Assembly (NCBI RefSeq): GCF_030684315.1
Contig: NC_081396.1
Span: 5,580,001 to 5,644,000 of the forward strand
Length of the DNA stretch: 64,000 nt
Direction of reading: 5' to 3'
Origin: Stegostoma tigrinum
Taxonomy: Eukaryota
Shown here: positions 1 through 12,703 of the stretch, piece after piece
How positions within the stretch are numbered: position 1 is the first letter of the stretch
Layout of the letters: the number at the start of each line of letters is the position of its first letter
Translations under genes and position numbers: made by a program
Notes under the pieces: model-generated
The model's input: the letters and a program-made list of their open reading frames with translations, nothing else
Told to the model about the DNA's origin: nothing
The model's database searches: none

Positions 1-210
1 AACTGCAAAGATGGGAGAGAGTCCTCAAGAAACGTTGATTGTTCAACAGCTGACCTCAGCTTGGAGACATCAGCCAGTCACAGCATGAAGAATCTCCTGT
101 CAATTTCTGTGAAAATAAAGCCCGTCTCTGATATGAGTTCAGTCGCTGGTAAAATACCAGAAGCGTCAATACATTTTAGGAATGTGTTGTTTATGATTGA
201 ACCAAATAAA

Positions 211-644
211 ATGTACTCCCCGGCTTTTTTACTGATAACAACTATTGTGCTATTCAGTGAGACTTAATCAAAATTATCATCCTGTGTTTCACTGATTACA
301 TTTGGTTGCATATCTTTGACACATTCGTCTTATTTATTGCAGAAGAAAAATGGTCAAGATTCTTCTTTGCAGGACCCGCCTGAATGATTCGTTTAGAATG
401 GACAGACCGATGTATTTAATTGCTGTTAAACATACAGTGTACCAAGTTCCTTCTGATACATCCAGTGCTCCAGGAAAGCTCTGAAGTATTTACTGAGGAA
501 AATCGACTAGGAACATGTTGATAAGTCTCCTCACTTCTCAGATCGGTATTCCACTAATTTGAATGAAGAAGAGAAAATGGTTCTTGCAAAAGTCAACTGC
601 ACTCTTGGATCTGACTCTACCATTCATTACTGTGCATTCAGCTC
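211..644 (+). pseudogene. TCR alpha/delta V pseudogene (leader 211-256, V exon ~343-644)
   Basis: Leader MYSPAFLLITTIVLF with GT donor at 257 and ttgcag acceptor. V frame reads F*YIQCSRKALKYLL...FSDRYSTNL...SDSTIHYCAFS with several stops. Confidence 0.85.
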
Positions 645-683
645 CACATGGATTTAGAGGAGTAATCCGCCTTTACAAAAATC
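645..683 (+). promoter_or_regulatory. 23-bp-spacer RSS (degenerate heptamer)
   Basis: cacatgg + 23 bp + acaaaaatc directly after the V pseudogene. Confidence 0.8.
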
Positions 684-1377
684 CACAGGATTCTCCCACC
701 TCCGTTCCTTGAAGCAGGTGTGTGATGTATGTTGTTCATTGGTGCCATCATCAAAAACTGACAGAAGTAGGGTATTCATTCTCTCGTGTCTCCTCCACCA
801 TATAATTTGACTGATCCTCCATCCTACTGCCATATTCCCAATTTCCCTTCTCAGCTTTTGATATTTTTAACATCCACAAATATGAATCTCGGTGTTGAAA
901 TTACTCAATGACCTGGCCTCAACTGTGCAAAGACTAGATTGTCAAAATAATTTAATTCCGGGTTTTCGAATATGTCTCATTCTGAATGAAATATTCTCCC
1001 TCTGATTATTGTTCATAATCACTGTGCAGATATTTTCTGTGTCATCCCTCACAGCAACTAATCAGAGGTCAACCTTGTTCAAGAGCCAAAGCTGAATTTA
1101 TAAGTTTGTGTACCATGGAAGCCCTTGCACTGTTCTTCATTTTACTTCACACTGATCGAGAACAAAAGGGATTTGTGAATAATGCAGGAAGTTGGATGTG
1201 ATGCATTTCATCAATGGTATCATTGAATACAGCGGCAGGTTTGAAGTGTTAGGTGGTTTCCTCCAGCTCTAGTTCTGTGTTCTTGTGTACGTATCTCTGA
1301 CGTAACCGTCTGGAGAACAAATAGGTTGTGAGCAGGTTGGGTTTTTACGAGCGACCACTAGGAATAAATTAATCAGC

Positions 1378-1387
1378 AGTGATGTTA
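1378..1387 (+). promoter_or_regulatory. CRE-like TCR V promoter decamer
   Basis: agtgatgtta, 9/10 match to AGTGAYRTCA, ~120 bp upstream of ATG 1503. Retained in the duplicate at 40275-40284. Confidence 0.45.
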
Positions 1388-1502
1388 GATAAGACTCAAC
1401 ATCAGCTGAAATAACTCAGCTTCACTCTTTCTGTGGAAACACGCTTCAGCTCTCAGCTGAAACAATACAGTTTGGTTCAAATCCATTATCCATTCTAAAA
1501 AC

Positions 1503-2001
1503 ATGTCAGCTGTTACATTTTATACATTAACCACAGCTGCGGTTCTCTTCGCTGGTAAGTTCATTAAGTCGCAAAACATTGACTTGTACATGCCATTTAC
1601 GTAGTGAACTCACCTGCATAATGTTCACTTATCTTGATGACATTATCGAACAAAACGATAATTTCAGACTCAGATTGATTTTATGTTTAATTTTCTGTAG
1701 ATGTGAATTCGATCTCACAGCAGCCAGCTACAGCAAAACAGCTTGAAGGACTGTCGGTGAACATTAACTTTAGCTATTCGATGGAAACAGCTGTCTCATA
1801 TTCCTTACAATTGTACCGGCAAGACCTGAGTAAATCACCAACATTATTGCTCTACATCCTTCAATACGGAACCGTTCACAGATCTGACGGCGTGGGAAAT
1901 CGATTTTCTGCAGCTCTGGACACTTCGAAAAGTGAGGGGAATTTCACCATTGGTGACCTACGACTGTCTGACAGCGCTGTGTATTACTGCGTGTTGAGAG
2001 A
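1503..2001 (+). CDS. TCR alpha/delta V segment, open frame, non-canonical (no Cys23, no Trp41); leader 1503-1554, V exon 1701-2001
   Basis: Leader MSAVTFYTLTTAAVLFA|gtaagt, acceptor ttttctgtag, phase-1 splice. DVNSISQQ...NINFSYS...LQLYRQ...LSDSAVYYCVLRD with no stops. Confidence 0.9.
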
Positions 2002-2040
2002 CACAGTAACAGGAACCAGAGGGAACCTCGAGCAAAAACA
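2002..2040 (+). promoter_or_regulatory. 23-RSS
   Basis: cacagta + 23 bp + gcaaaaaca. Confidence 0.9.
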
Positions 2041-3064
2041 TTGCTGTAATGGAACATGTTGAACAGAATATGGCAGGGGGCAAGAATTGTGCGAACTGCA
2101 GAGAAACCGAGACGGTTCCAAAAGTTTTCTTGAACTGCATTGAATTGAACTATATCCAAATGATATCGACCAGGGAGGGATAGTTGCAGCATTAGCAAAG
2201 GGTTTCTCTGTTCCAATTTAAATGAATACATTCTGAACATGATGTAAGCATGTGATTAAGGAATTCATGCCACGTTATAAATGAAAGCGTTAGGGCTGGA
2301 TAGCTTGCCAAAATATCAAAACTGACTTTGTATTCCAGCCGATAATGGGTGTTTAACTGCAACAGGACAGTGCTATGGGATGGTGCAAAGAAAAATGTAT
2401 ACTTTTTCATCACATACAGCGTTATGCAGTGAATTCAGATTTCCTAAAACAATTCTAATATTCGGTAGCATGATTTTTTTTTCAATTGGACTTTACATTA
2501 ATGAGCTACGATACTAAGTGTTCCAAAAAAAATCCCAGACTGCTCTGCCAGATTGTCACCATTAATATCACTGCTCATTATGTTCTCATCACATACTGAA
2601 AATATACCCCTTTTCCTTTGTTACATTACGGAGTATTAGTCTTTAATATGCGCATGTTTAATATTGGGAGATTTTTAATCATGTCACATCAAGTATTAGG
2701 GATTTCCTCAAGTAGTGGGCTGCTGTCCATAGTCCTGGAGTTTCACATCTAAAATTGTTCTTACCATTTTTATCCAAAACTGTGAAACACAAAAATGGTT
2801 TGTGTCCGGCCAGCTGCAGAATTTGTACTGTCAATGAAAGTGAGTGCAATCTTTTCCGCAAGTCTCTAAAGGAACAGCAACAAACTCAATCCTCCCATAG
2901 TCAATGCAACAATCAGAATCCACATTTGCTGTGAGCAATTTTAAATGCTGATGTTGTCGACTGTGCCCGGGGTATTCCCTCCTAGGAATGTACTGAAGTT
3001 TCAGTGTGAGACCCGCTGTTGCAAGAAAGCCTCTTCAGGTTGCAGCTGTGACCCAGAAACCTGC

Positions 3065-3546
3065 AGTTATTGTATGAGGGTTTTGCGCATTCTCATGAAC
3101 GTGAGAGTCATTGCACAGTGATAGACCGCAGAGTCAGATGACAATAGCTGCAACTTGGTAAGTCTGTATTACTTGTCTGGACTGTTTCAGAAAACGGGAG
3201 CTGAGCAAAAACACCTTCAACACAGCAGTAACACTCACATACTTTCTGACTGCGAGCTGTGGCTTCATTCATTAGGTAAGGAAGAGATTTTTTTTTAAAA
3301 AGTACAGGCAACAACCCAAGCGTGCTTTAATGCGGCTCGGATAGTTGTCCAATATGAGGACTCTGTTTCACTATTTTATACCTAAAGTGATTAAACCCCC
3401 TTTTCAAAGTTTCAACCTCACGAATAATACAAGTCACCCACATGAGGGAGAGATAGGAAAGCCACGTCGCTTTTGCTCCTGGATAGTGAGATTTCTGTGC
3501 CCCCTCAAAATCTGCAGAACATCAGAAAAGAAAACCCTGACAGCAT
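3065..3546 (-). pseudogene. Inverted TCR V pseudogene with 23-RSS
   Basis: Minus strand: leader MLSGFSFLMFCRF*, exon ~3381-3104 ending LLSSDSAVYHCAMT, then cacgttc + 23 bp + acaataact. Stops and frameshifts. Confidence 0.8.
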
Positions 3547-4207
3547 TGGTTGCATTTGATTTGAGGTCACCTCCTGGATACATGCAATAGGGTAACCACA
3601 AGTCTTCCTTGATAACCGAGAAAAGGGACCTTAATGGTGCACTCTTTCTGTTAGAGAAAAAAGATAAAACCAAACAGGTTATCATAAACTGACAGTAGAG
3701 ACACGTTGATCACTCACTGAATGTGGAAACAACATGATCTCTCTCTGAACCGATAAACAACCTTTTGCTCTAAGTTACCTGATACAAATCTTCAGTTCGA
3801 AATGACTTGATGTACAGTTGATCTAAAACTGGCCCAACAAAGAGCTACCCTATTCATAATCTGACATAAGAAGTTTCAGAGAAAGAAATACAGCTGTTGA
3901 ACTGAGGTTGAGAGATTCCTTTGTCTCTCCCAAGGACTCATCGTTCTGAGTTTGCAGAGTTGTGAGTTGTACATGGCATAAAAGAAGGAAAGATTTTCTC
4001 TCGTCACTCTGAGCTAGCAACATCCAAACAGAGAGGATTCAATGAACAGCAGAAACAGGTAATACAACATGTATTATTTGGTTGATTGAATAACTGCATG
4101 GTGTTCTTCCGACTAATTCACCACTGTTGGATTTAATTTCAGTCTGAGGTCTCGCTCATTTATTCACAACTGATTAAAGCAGCCATGTAGAAACATTGTC
4201 CTGTAAC

Positions 4208-4617
4208 AGTGTGTTTGTTAAGTCTTAGTCATCAATGCATAGTACCTCACTTCTCACACGGTCAATATTAGCAGAAAATCGAGGGTCCACACCCTTAGCT
4301 CTGATAACAGCTCCATAGTTAGAAATGCAGATCAAAAAGGTTGCAATTTGTCCCAATACTGACGATGAAGTTGCAAACAATTTGCAGCAGCTGTGATCGA
4401 ATAACTGTAACTAATGGCCAATCTACTCTTTTTTCAAACCTCATCTATGAAACCGGCTCCTGGGAGACAGATTTTGCTCCACCAACACTTTCAGAAATTT
4501 AAAGCACCAAATTTCATTCTGTTATCATCATGTGAAAGTACTTAATATCATCAGGCAACTGAACATTTACGAAATAAGGAGAAAGCGGATTTGAAACGAT
4601 AACATTGGTGACTGCAT
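4208..4617 (-). pseudogene. Inverted V pseudogene related to the Cys23/Trp41-less family
   Basis: Leader MQSPMLSFQIRFLLI|gtaaat. Exon pieces AKSVSQEP..AISYSYSITAAANCLQLHRQ..ISNYGAVIRAKGVDPRFSANIDRVRSE. The YYC end is lost. Confidence 0.75.
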
Positions 4618-6899
4618 GTGTAATAGTGTTTAGATTTTCAAATTAATCACCAGTGATGAGAGCTCCAAATGTGAAGAATTAATACAAAGTAACAGACAAT
4701 CTTGTAGGAGGTTAATGTGGATTTGGACAAGGGAAACAGAAGATGAAATTGTTAAGTCAGGAACTGAGTTTAATTTCGAGTAACAACTGTCGTCTCTGCT
4801 GATTGGTGCGTTGTTGACACCGTCAGCAAGTGACATCTAACTGCTCGCTGCTCGTTCCTTCTTCAGTGCTGGAAATCAGAGAGGTAACAGTGAACGGAAC
4901 TGGGACCAGCACAGAAATTAAACCGAATGATTCCCCCTCAAAAATTTCAGTCTGGCAGCTGGATGAAGGAAGAGAAGTGCAATAACTCATATTGTGCTTC
5001 TGTCTTGACTGAAGATTTCCAGGAAAATATCTGAGCAGTATCCTCTGGATTCGCTACAGTGAAGGTAGTGCGGGATGAATGTGAGCAAGTCGATTATAAT
5101 AGATTAAGCTCAGCGATGCAGTCAGTAAGTTAAGTGCCTCCTATTGTATGAAAGAAGTTGAGAATGACTTACATGTTCAATAGGAATAGCAGTTCACGAA
5201 CAGCAGGGGTGAAGCAATAAACTGTGGGTCTGATTCTGTGAGAACAAAATCACATGTTGATACTCACAATAACTAAATTGTTCATCATGACACACAACTG
5301 GTATGTTATGAGATTTCAATAGATGTTGTCGCCTGTGGAAGCATTTACTTCGAATGAGAGAGTGAAGAGCCTCTACAAACAGTTGCTACAAAGAGAAATG
5401 AATCGGCTTTTAAAGCAAACACGTCCCAACAGAAAACATCACGTAAAATCGAAAGTGTTGAAGGTGCAATTTCAATCGTTGCATTTTTGTCTTTGTGATT
5501 ATGGCAGATGAGGAATAATACAGGGGAGATTTTTTAAAAAACAGTCAGTTTCGGGTCCAGTCTTGTGTTCTGACGAAGGGTATCTTTTCTCTAAACTTTA
5601 ACTCTCTTTACACAAAGGTTGCAAGGCCTGCTGAATTTGTATCCAGCAATTTCTACATTTGCTTGAGTTTTCCAGTACGGGCAGTTCTTTGATACAAAGG
5701 AAGAATTGATTTGATTTGATTGAATTGGGTTTACAATCGAAAGGATGATATTGACTCGAAGGAACATTTACATCCTTACTTTTTGATTGATCCAAATTGT
5801 GTGCACCCTCATATGTCACCTGCCCTGGACGCAAATTTCTCATTTAACCTCTCAAAGAAAAAAAAAGTCCCTATTACCCGGTAAATTACTGGTGGGACAT
5901 CGTTTGAACACTTCACTTCTGATCATACTGAGGTCAATTTCACCTCCAGCCAGAGAGGGGCATCATCTCCTGTCGCTGTGATTGGGTACATTAATTGGAT
6001 GTGAGTCAGTCGTTGACCACACACTCGATTTAAATGGCGTTCCAGTGCAGTGGGAATCACATTCCGTGTATCTGCTTGACCTGAGCATGTTTGGTTCCCG
6101 ATTTTCTTCTGGTATGTAGACAAACTCTGTAAATAAGTGAAGACTGTATGTCAACTTTGTAGGGCCTGTTGATGCATCTGAGGTCGGACATACATAATTT
6201 AATTGCGCTGGCTGCTCATTATTAACTGACGTTTCCTTCTGAAAGTGCAACTCGTGTAAAATTCCAGAATGCAATGATAAAGACGTACAATAATATTTCC
6301 ATGCTTCGAATAAATAAAATGGAATTGCGCGCTATCTGGTGGACAAAGCGGCTAAATATTTTCTTTTATCTGTTATGAGATCACGGCAGAGCCAGGCTGT
6401 GAATAGAGGGAAAGGTGGATGGTGATTCAGCAGATTAAAAGCTGATGGAATTACCACGAGACAAACAGTAGGAAAAGAAACAGTGGAAATGTGTGAAAAG
6501 ACAGGGTGGTTAACTAGAATGAAATGGAAAAGGCCTTAGATGACCATCCAGTGAGAGAAACATAGACAGCAATATGGAACCATGGAGACTGAGAACTAAA
6601 GAGAAGCAACTGACCAAACAGTGACTGAATCCGAGGAGGAAGCAGGAAAAAGCACAAGTAATGTGACGAAAGAAACTTGGATTTAAATGTGAACAGGATT
6701 TCCAAGAAATCCCAGGTCACACGGGATTGAGCTGAAACAAAGCAGGAAAGATCATTTAAATTGTCATGTCGTAATTGATTGCAATGCAACTAATTGTTGC
6801 CTCTGTTTTTTTTTCTCGTGTGTGAATTTTCCAAATGCAAACGAATTCCTGATTACAAATACGACATATGTCCTGAATATACCAGATTCTTTCCAGTGA

Positions 6900-7185
6900 G
6901 AGGTTGCTTCAACTTGGAAGGACAATGGCGACAGATACATGGGAAAACTACTACACGCATGGCACCTTCAAGCAACTCACCACTCTGTGTTGGAAGTATC
7001 TCACTATACTTTCGATGTTGCTTGGTCTAAATTGTGGAATTCCATCGGTAATGACATCAGGCTGCACTTACGGTTAATAGTGTGGAAGTCTTAAAGAGGT
7101 AGCTCATCATGTCCATCCCTGGAGTAATTCAGAATGGGCAATAAATCCCACCTCAGTGAGCGACGCCCATATCACAGCAATTAGA
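6900..7185 (+). mobile_element. Degraded LINE 3' end / SINE-tail sequence
   Basis: Resembles the common elasmobranch LINE 3' UTR ending in gggcaataaat...gcgacgcccatatc. Confidence 0.5.
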
Positions 7186-7199
7186 TTTTAAAAATTGCA

Positions 7200-7830
7200 G
7201 TTTCTAATCAGGGACCTCTATTCTAGTCAAACAGAGCCAGCATAACTTCACTATAGGAAAATCGTTTCTGACTGATTCCTGTGAGTTTCTTTTGAAACGT
7301 CTCAACCAGAGTGAAGAGTGCAGAAGCAGTAGATGTGTCGTTTTGGGTTTCAACAAGGTACCTCACAAAAGGCTTAAGTAATAGGATAAAATCCCAAACT
7401 GTTGGAGGCAGTATACTGACAAGAAATGAGAATAAGCTGAGGGCAGGCAACAACGAGTGGGGAAAAAAACAGAGTTCTTCTTTCAGTCTGTTCACCTGTG
7501 ACCAATGGGTTTCCACAGGGATCAGTGCTCCAACAATTAACCTTTACAATATATATTAATGTCTTGAATAAAGGTAGAAAATGTGCTGCAGACAGATTTG
7601 CAGATGACTCCAATACGGATGAAATGAAGCTGTGAAAAGGATGAAAACACCTTAAGAAAGATAGTGATAGGATAAGTAAATATGAAAAATGTTGATAAAT
7701 GAAGAATAATAGGGGAAAATGTGGCTTTTTCATTTTGGAAAGAACAAAGGAACATGTTAGTTTTTAAATGATAAAAACCGAAGAAAATTGCAAAACAATT
7801 TTACTCGGGGATACCTATGTGCACATCATT
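7200..7830 (+). mobile_element. CR1-type LINE reverse-transcriptase fragment
   Basis: Frameshifted motifs VTNGFPQGSVL...FTIYIN..RFADDS. Confidence 0.8.
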
Positions 7831-7844
7831 TCATGCTAACCAGA

Positions 7845-8406
7845 AATCTGAAGGCCAGCAGCACTAACATTTATGTCTACTGGTACGCTAAGTGGTCTGG
7901 CAGCCTCCACAGTACATGTTTATGCTTACTGGGAGTCGTGTGCACATGGACAACGCATCAGCCAACGATTTTGTTCAACACTTAACAAAACTGACAGGAT
8001 CAAACTAATACTCATCAATACTTGGTTAGATTAGATTCCCTACAGTGTGGAAACAGGCCCTTCGGCCCAACAAGTCCACAACACCCCTTGGAGCATCCCA
8101 CCCAGACTCGTCACCCTATAACGCACACACCCCTGAACACTATGGGCAATTTAGCGTGGCCGAACCACCTGGCCTGAAGATCTTTGGACTGTGGGAGAAA
8201 ACCAGACACGCCGACGCAGACACGGGGAGAATGTGCAAACTCCACGCAGATAGTTGCCCGAGGCAGGAATTGAACCCAGGCCCCTGGTGCCGTGAGGCTG
8301 CAGTGCTAACTACTGCACCACCATTTACGTCTCAGCCAGTGCTGTGCACTTCCGTGTCATTGAGCTCAGGATAATGCAGAGATCTCCCAGATTCTATGCA
8401 AAAGTC
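7845..8406 (+). pseudogene. 5'-truncated TCR V pseudogene interrupted by a SINE
   Basis: NIYVYWY...; the uninterrupted paralog (46035-46296) reads PGQPPQYMFILTGIGVYKDNGISQRFCSALNK...STVHFCSM. Degenerate RSS with nonamer gcaaaagtc. Confidence 0.7.
8023..8322 (-). mobile_element. tRNA-derived elasmobranch SINE (HE1/V-SINE-like)
   Basis: Minus strand begins ggtggtgcagtagttagcactgc (A box) with gggttcaattcc (B box) and ends in a (tctaa)n tail. Absent from the paralogous site near 46210. Confidence 0.9.
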
Positions 8407-8434
8407 GTTCTCGATATTTTGAGTTCCTACTCAC

Positions 8435-8483
8435 CAGATGGTGCTGTCACACCCACACACAGAAACAGTTGGGAGGTTACCAT
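8435..8483 (-). pseudogene. Orphan V leader exon
   Basis: MVTSQLFLCVGVTAPS + g|gtgagt phase-1 donor with no same-strand V exon after it. Paralog at 46326-46368. Confidence 0.6.
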
Positions 8484-9299
8484 GAAAACTGTTGAAAGAT
8501 GAAGAAGTGCAGAATACTGCACTGGAACAGACGGGGTTTGCTTGCACAGTTATTTTCTGTCTGTAAACTTTATTCATACTAACAGCTACCTTTATAAATT
8601 ATTCTCTGGCACTTGTTGGTTTTAGACTTCGAAACCTAACGAATTGATCATATCAATCCCACCCTCACACTTCAATTGTAATTGCAACAATTTCCTTCTC
8701 AGGGAACTAATATCTCTTCACAGTAAGCACTTGCATCTCAATGAAAATCTGTTCTTGTCAAACAGCAGTAACTGAAACATTTTCCCCGGATTGGTCTTGA
8801 GCTTCTTGAGTGTTCTTGGAACTGCGCTGTTCCAGCTGAGTGGAAAGTATTCGGTACCAATCATTACGTGTGTCTGGTGGACGGTGGGCAGTCTTTGGGA
8901 GTCGAGAGGTGAGTTATTCCGTGGCACTTGTGTGACGTCAGTGTTACTTTGTAATATCCAGGCTATGTGTGAATGTTATCCTTGTCTTTCTCAATAAAGA
9001 AGTGAATTGGTTCAAAACCTGAATGCTCACAAAATAAGTATTTTACAATTGTCGGCAAATATACCCACTTTTTACGTTCTAGGGTAAGTTAGTACCAAAA
9101 CATACAATATCCGCAGTAACAGTTGTAACATTTTTTAGGTAAATCTAGATGCACGTTTAAGCATCAGAAAGTAACTTCCATTCATCTCACTGTTGTTTGT
9201 AAAATGTACCTTTTGGAACAGATTTATTGAGACAGTAAAGATATTGTACCACACAGAGACTGTACAACCGAATCTACACTTTGTCATTTTGCATGGCTT

Positions 9300-9574
9300 C
9301 ACACTGCAATACCTTCTGGCCTCCTAGGCCACAATTGCTTCGATACAAATAATGTTGGACTTCTTCACTCGGTCAGAGAACAGGTGCACTGTGTCCTGTC
9401 TATTGATTGCCTTTGCATACGGAGTCAATAAATTTTGGAGCTCCTGACAGTGTTTCTCTGTGCCAATCTATCGTATCTGCAGAACCATGGGTCAGGTTAT
9501 AATACAATTCAGCCTGCACCCTTCCAGAGACAGCATCTAGTCATACCGTGGGCTCTGATCAACACACTGAACTA
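9300..9574 (-). pseudogene. Inverted V pseudogene exon
   Basis: ttacag acceptor, then VQCVDQSPRYD*...CRLNC...TIDWHRETLSGAPKFIDS... with stops and frameshifts. Confidence 0.65.
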
Positions 9575-10760
9575 CTGTAACAAAAGAAACCACATTCAAA
9601 CATCACAAGGTATTGAAGAATAGGTAAAAGAAGGCGACTGATCAGAATAACACACAATGCCAAGAAAATTCGAGCTCCAAATTGCAAAAAGAGATTGCGA
9701 GACATTTTGTTCATGAGAATGAAGGGGGAGAGAACATTAATCATTCAGTCTGTTGATTCCAAACCAGGATTCGCTGTTGATACCAGGGCTTTCAATGATG
9801 GCAATGGAGGACCTCTGGGGAGAGCTTTGCATGTCCCTCATCGAGAAACACTGTTGGGCGATATTCTAAACAACAGATGATTAAAGAATGTTATTAACAA
9901 GCATCACTTACTTTCACAGTCAGGGATTGGATGCCTCAAAACATGGGCCGCTTCAAACCAGAAGACAAAGGAATTGCCTTGACTGTCTGCGTCTATTCGT
10001 CTCCAGCCCTCTCTCCCTCTCTCTGAATCTCCCTCTAGCCCTTCACTCTCACCTTGCAGCACTGGGTTAAATATTACATGAAGATTTGTTATTGGCCTTG
10101 TAACAACTGAAATTATTATTTGACATCATTAGTTGTTTTTTTCTCTCAATCTTTGTCTCAGTATTCCAAAATCATTGCTTGCTTTATCTTTAACTAACAT
10201 CTGCCTGATATTCTCGTTCCCTGCATGACTAGTTTAATTTTAGGGTGCTGTCTCTATGACCTTTGATCATTATTGTTTCATAGGTTTTCTACAAACCTAA
10301 ATAACGTTTATGGATCAACTTTCCAAATGATTTCAAAGTGAAATGTCTACATGTTTTTGTCACCGCCTGATGGTGGATTCTGGATTGTGTTTGTTCAACC
10401 TAGTCAAACGATTTGTTCACTCCCACGATTATTTATCCAATCTTCATTGCCATGTATTTTACTGCAGCAAGACTTCTATTTCAAGCAACGATAGTTTCGC
10501 CAGAGCAGATGAGATTGAGACAAAGAGCAGAGACAAAGCGATGTTGGGACAGTCAGAGAAATAATCGGAGGAACGTCAATAACTGCTTTGAATTGTTGCG
10601 TCGTTGCCATCAACACTGACGGAACAGCAAACTGAGCCTCAGGCAAACTCCCTACCTTCTCAGGCAGTGAAGTCGGATCATGATTTGCTTTACACTTTCA
10701 TATCAGAACGAGAAGGCCCAACATTCTGTTACTTTTCTGGTCATCTATAAACAAGACACC

Positions 10761-11197
10761 ATGTGCTTCCTTTCGTTTTCACCGAACATAGTTGTCTTGC
10801 TGCCTGGCGAGCTTGTTTTCAAATACTGATTGCACATTCTAGGTGTTGCAATTAATACTGATCATTTGAAATATTTTGTGCCTGTGTTTGAGGGCCGAAT
10901 TGCAAAAAATCAACCTGAAGAGATCAAGCTAACGATTCGGAGAAATAAAACATAAATCTAGACTGCCATTCTTCGACAACCTACTCCACTCAAACCCTCT
11001 TCTGGTACATCCGGTATCACTGGAATGCTCTGAAATATGTACTGAAGATACATAGCACAGGGTGGGAACAGAAGCCTCCAGTTGTGCCGGAAAGGTGCTT
11101 TGTTAACATTCCCGAAGGAAACTAACCAGTTGCTTTCAATGTCGCTGCTGTTCTGTCCTAAAACACCATACGTTTGTGTGCCATGAAGCCCACAAAT
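10761..11197 (+). pseudogene. TCR alpha/delta V pseudogene
   Basis: Leader MCFLSFSPNIVVLLP (GC donor). INLDCHSSTTYSTQTLFWYIRYHWNALKYVLKIHSTG...LCAMKP, then cacaaat heptamer relic. Confidence 0.8.
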
Positions 11198-12395
11198 CTG
11201 TAGAGTTGTGCAGAGCCTTGTGGAACACACGCCGAGAATGCCAGATCGTGTCCACCAGAGGGCGCTCTCATACAATTATTCAGAAAGAAGCTATTATTCA
11301 GAAATTAAACAGAGATCATACTAGAGAAACTGACGAGGTCTAGCACCATCTAAAAAGAAAGGAACAAAGTTAACATGTTGAGGTTTCTGGCATGTCTTCG
11401 AAACCATGGAAGCCTAAACTACTATGTCCAGTCCCTCCGCAATTTCTGGCCTCATTTCCTTCAAAAACAATCGTCTGAATGCTATGCCGTGTTAATTTTA
11501 AGTGTCAAGAGTCTATCCAGATCTTAACGCTTCCTAACTTTGACTACTTCTGGTGACAACAATTCCTCCTCTGTCAACATGGCCGAGACAGGAATCTCCT
11601 CTTTTGTAAAGATAGATACAAAGTGTACATTTTGCAAATCAGTTATGCCTCTGTGTCCACGTGAAATGCCCTTTTTGCTCTCTGAGATTAGCTGTCCCCC
11701 TCCTTTCAAAAGTTACAGAGTTGTTCAGCATGGAATCAGATCCTTCCATAAAACTCGTCCACAGCAACCAAATATTCCAATCTGACTTAACCCCACTAAA
11801 CACCCGTTAAAAATTTGTATGACAATGAACAATGAAAGAGGCAAAAGCGTAATGGTATTATCGACAGACGATTAATCCAGAATGGAATCCTCCATGACAG
11901 GTCGTGGAATTTTAATTCAGTAAAAAATAATCTGGAGTCCAGCACCTATTGAAGATCGAGAAACAATTGTTCATAATTGGATTTAAAAAATGGTTTTCGA
12001 CCTGGTCCGGAATACACGAGCGACCAAAACCATTGCAATGTGATTATCTCAGAACTGTCCTCTTGGATGGACAAGAAGCAAAAATGAAATGTAAACACTC
12101 ATGTCTGCCAGAATCATTCGTGATTACTGCGCCTCAAATTTGCGTCCTTTAGGATTTGTGGAATGCATACACTCGTGCCAGTACGGGAACGAAATGGACT
12201 GATTCAAAAATGAAATGCCTTCAACATTCCTAAATTCACCTCTTGGGTAAGGTTCTAAGAGAGCAATGCGACATGGAAAGGAATGTCTGATCTGTTTTCA
12301 TCAATAAGATGAAAGTTGCAATTTAACTTCGATTTATGTTAGACTTTACTCATTTCAATGCTCACACAATTTTATAAGGAGCCCCAATGGATATA

Positions 12396-12700
12396 TCAAC
12401 ACAGTTTTAACTCAGCTCTGAATTTACTCTGGTTTCCAACATTATTAAAATGGTTGATACAGGAACTCATAAACAGCAGCCAGTAGCCACTTTCCTGTTC
12501 AATGATCTCTGACTGACTTAGGTTGAAACCTGAGAAATCAGGTACGTTCATAGTTTGCGAATGGAATGTTGCTATGAAAAATAAAGAATATAATAGAATG
12601 AAGCTGCCTGAGATGGCAAAGAGGAAAGCCATCGACGTTTTACTCTTTTCCATTCCCAGACATCTCTGATTTTCTCCACTGGTCTGAGTTGGACACTCCT
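12396..12700 (-). pseudogene. GPR139-like class A GPCR pseudogene fragment (TM6-TM7), displaced
   Basis: GENQRCLGMEKSKTSMAFLFAISGSFILL...QESGYWLLFMSSCIN...QSKFRAELK resembles the shark GPR139-like family motifs RKSIILLFAISGSFILLW and TQSKFREELK (recalled, not searched). Confidence 0.75.
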
Positions 12701-12703
12701 CCA

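Noticed and set aside
5780-6280. Possible IgH-like V relic on the minus strand (MRNLRP..TY)
   Set aside because: Acceptor and weak FR3 resemblance only; no clear C/W/YYC or RSS.
8700-8930. Possible V relic (WYR..FSLR); similar weak candidates at 10400-10720, 11990-12215, 14880-15130 and 17250-17520
   Set aside because: Too degenerate to support without a translated search.
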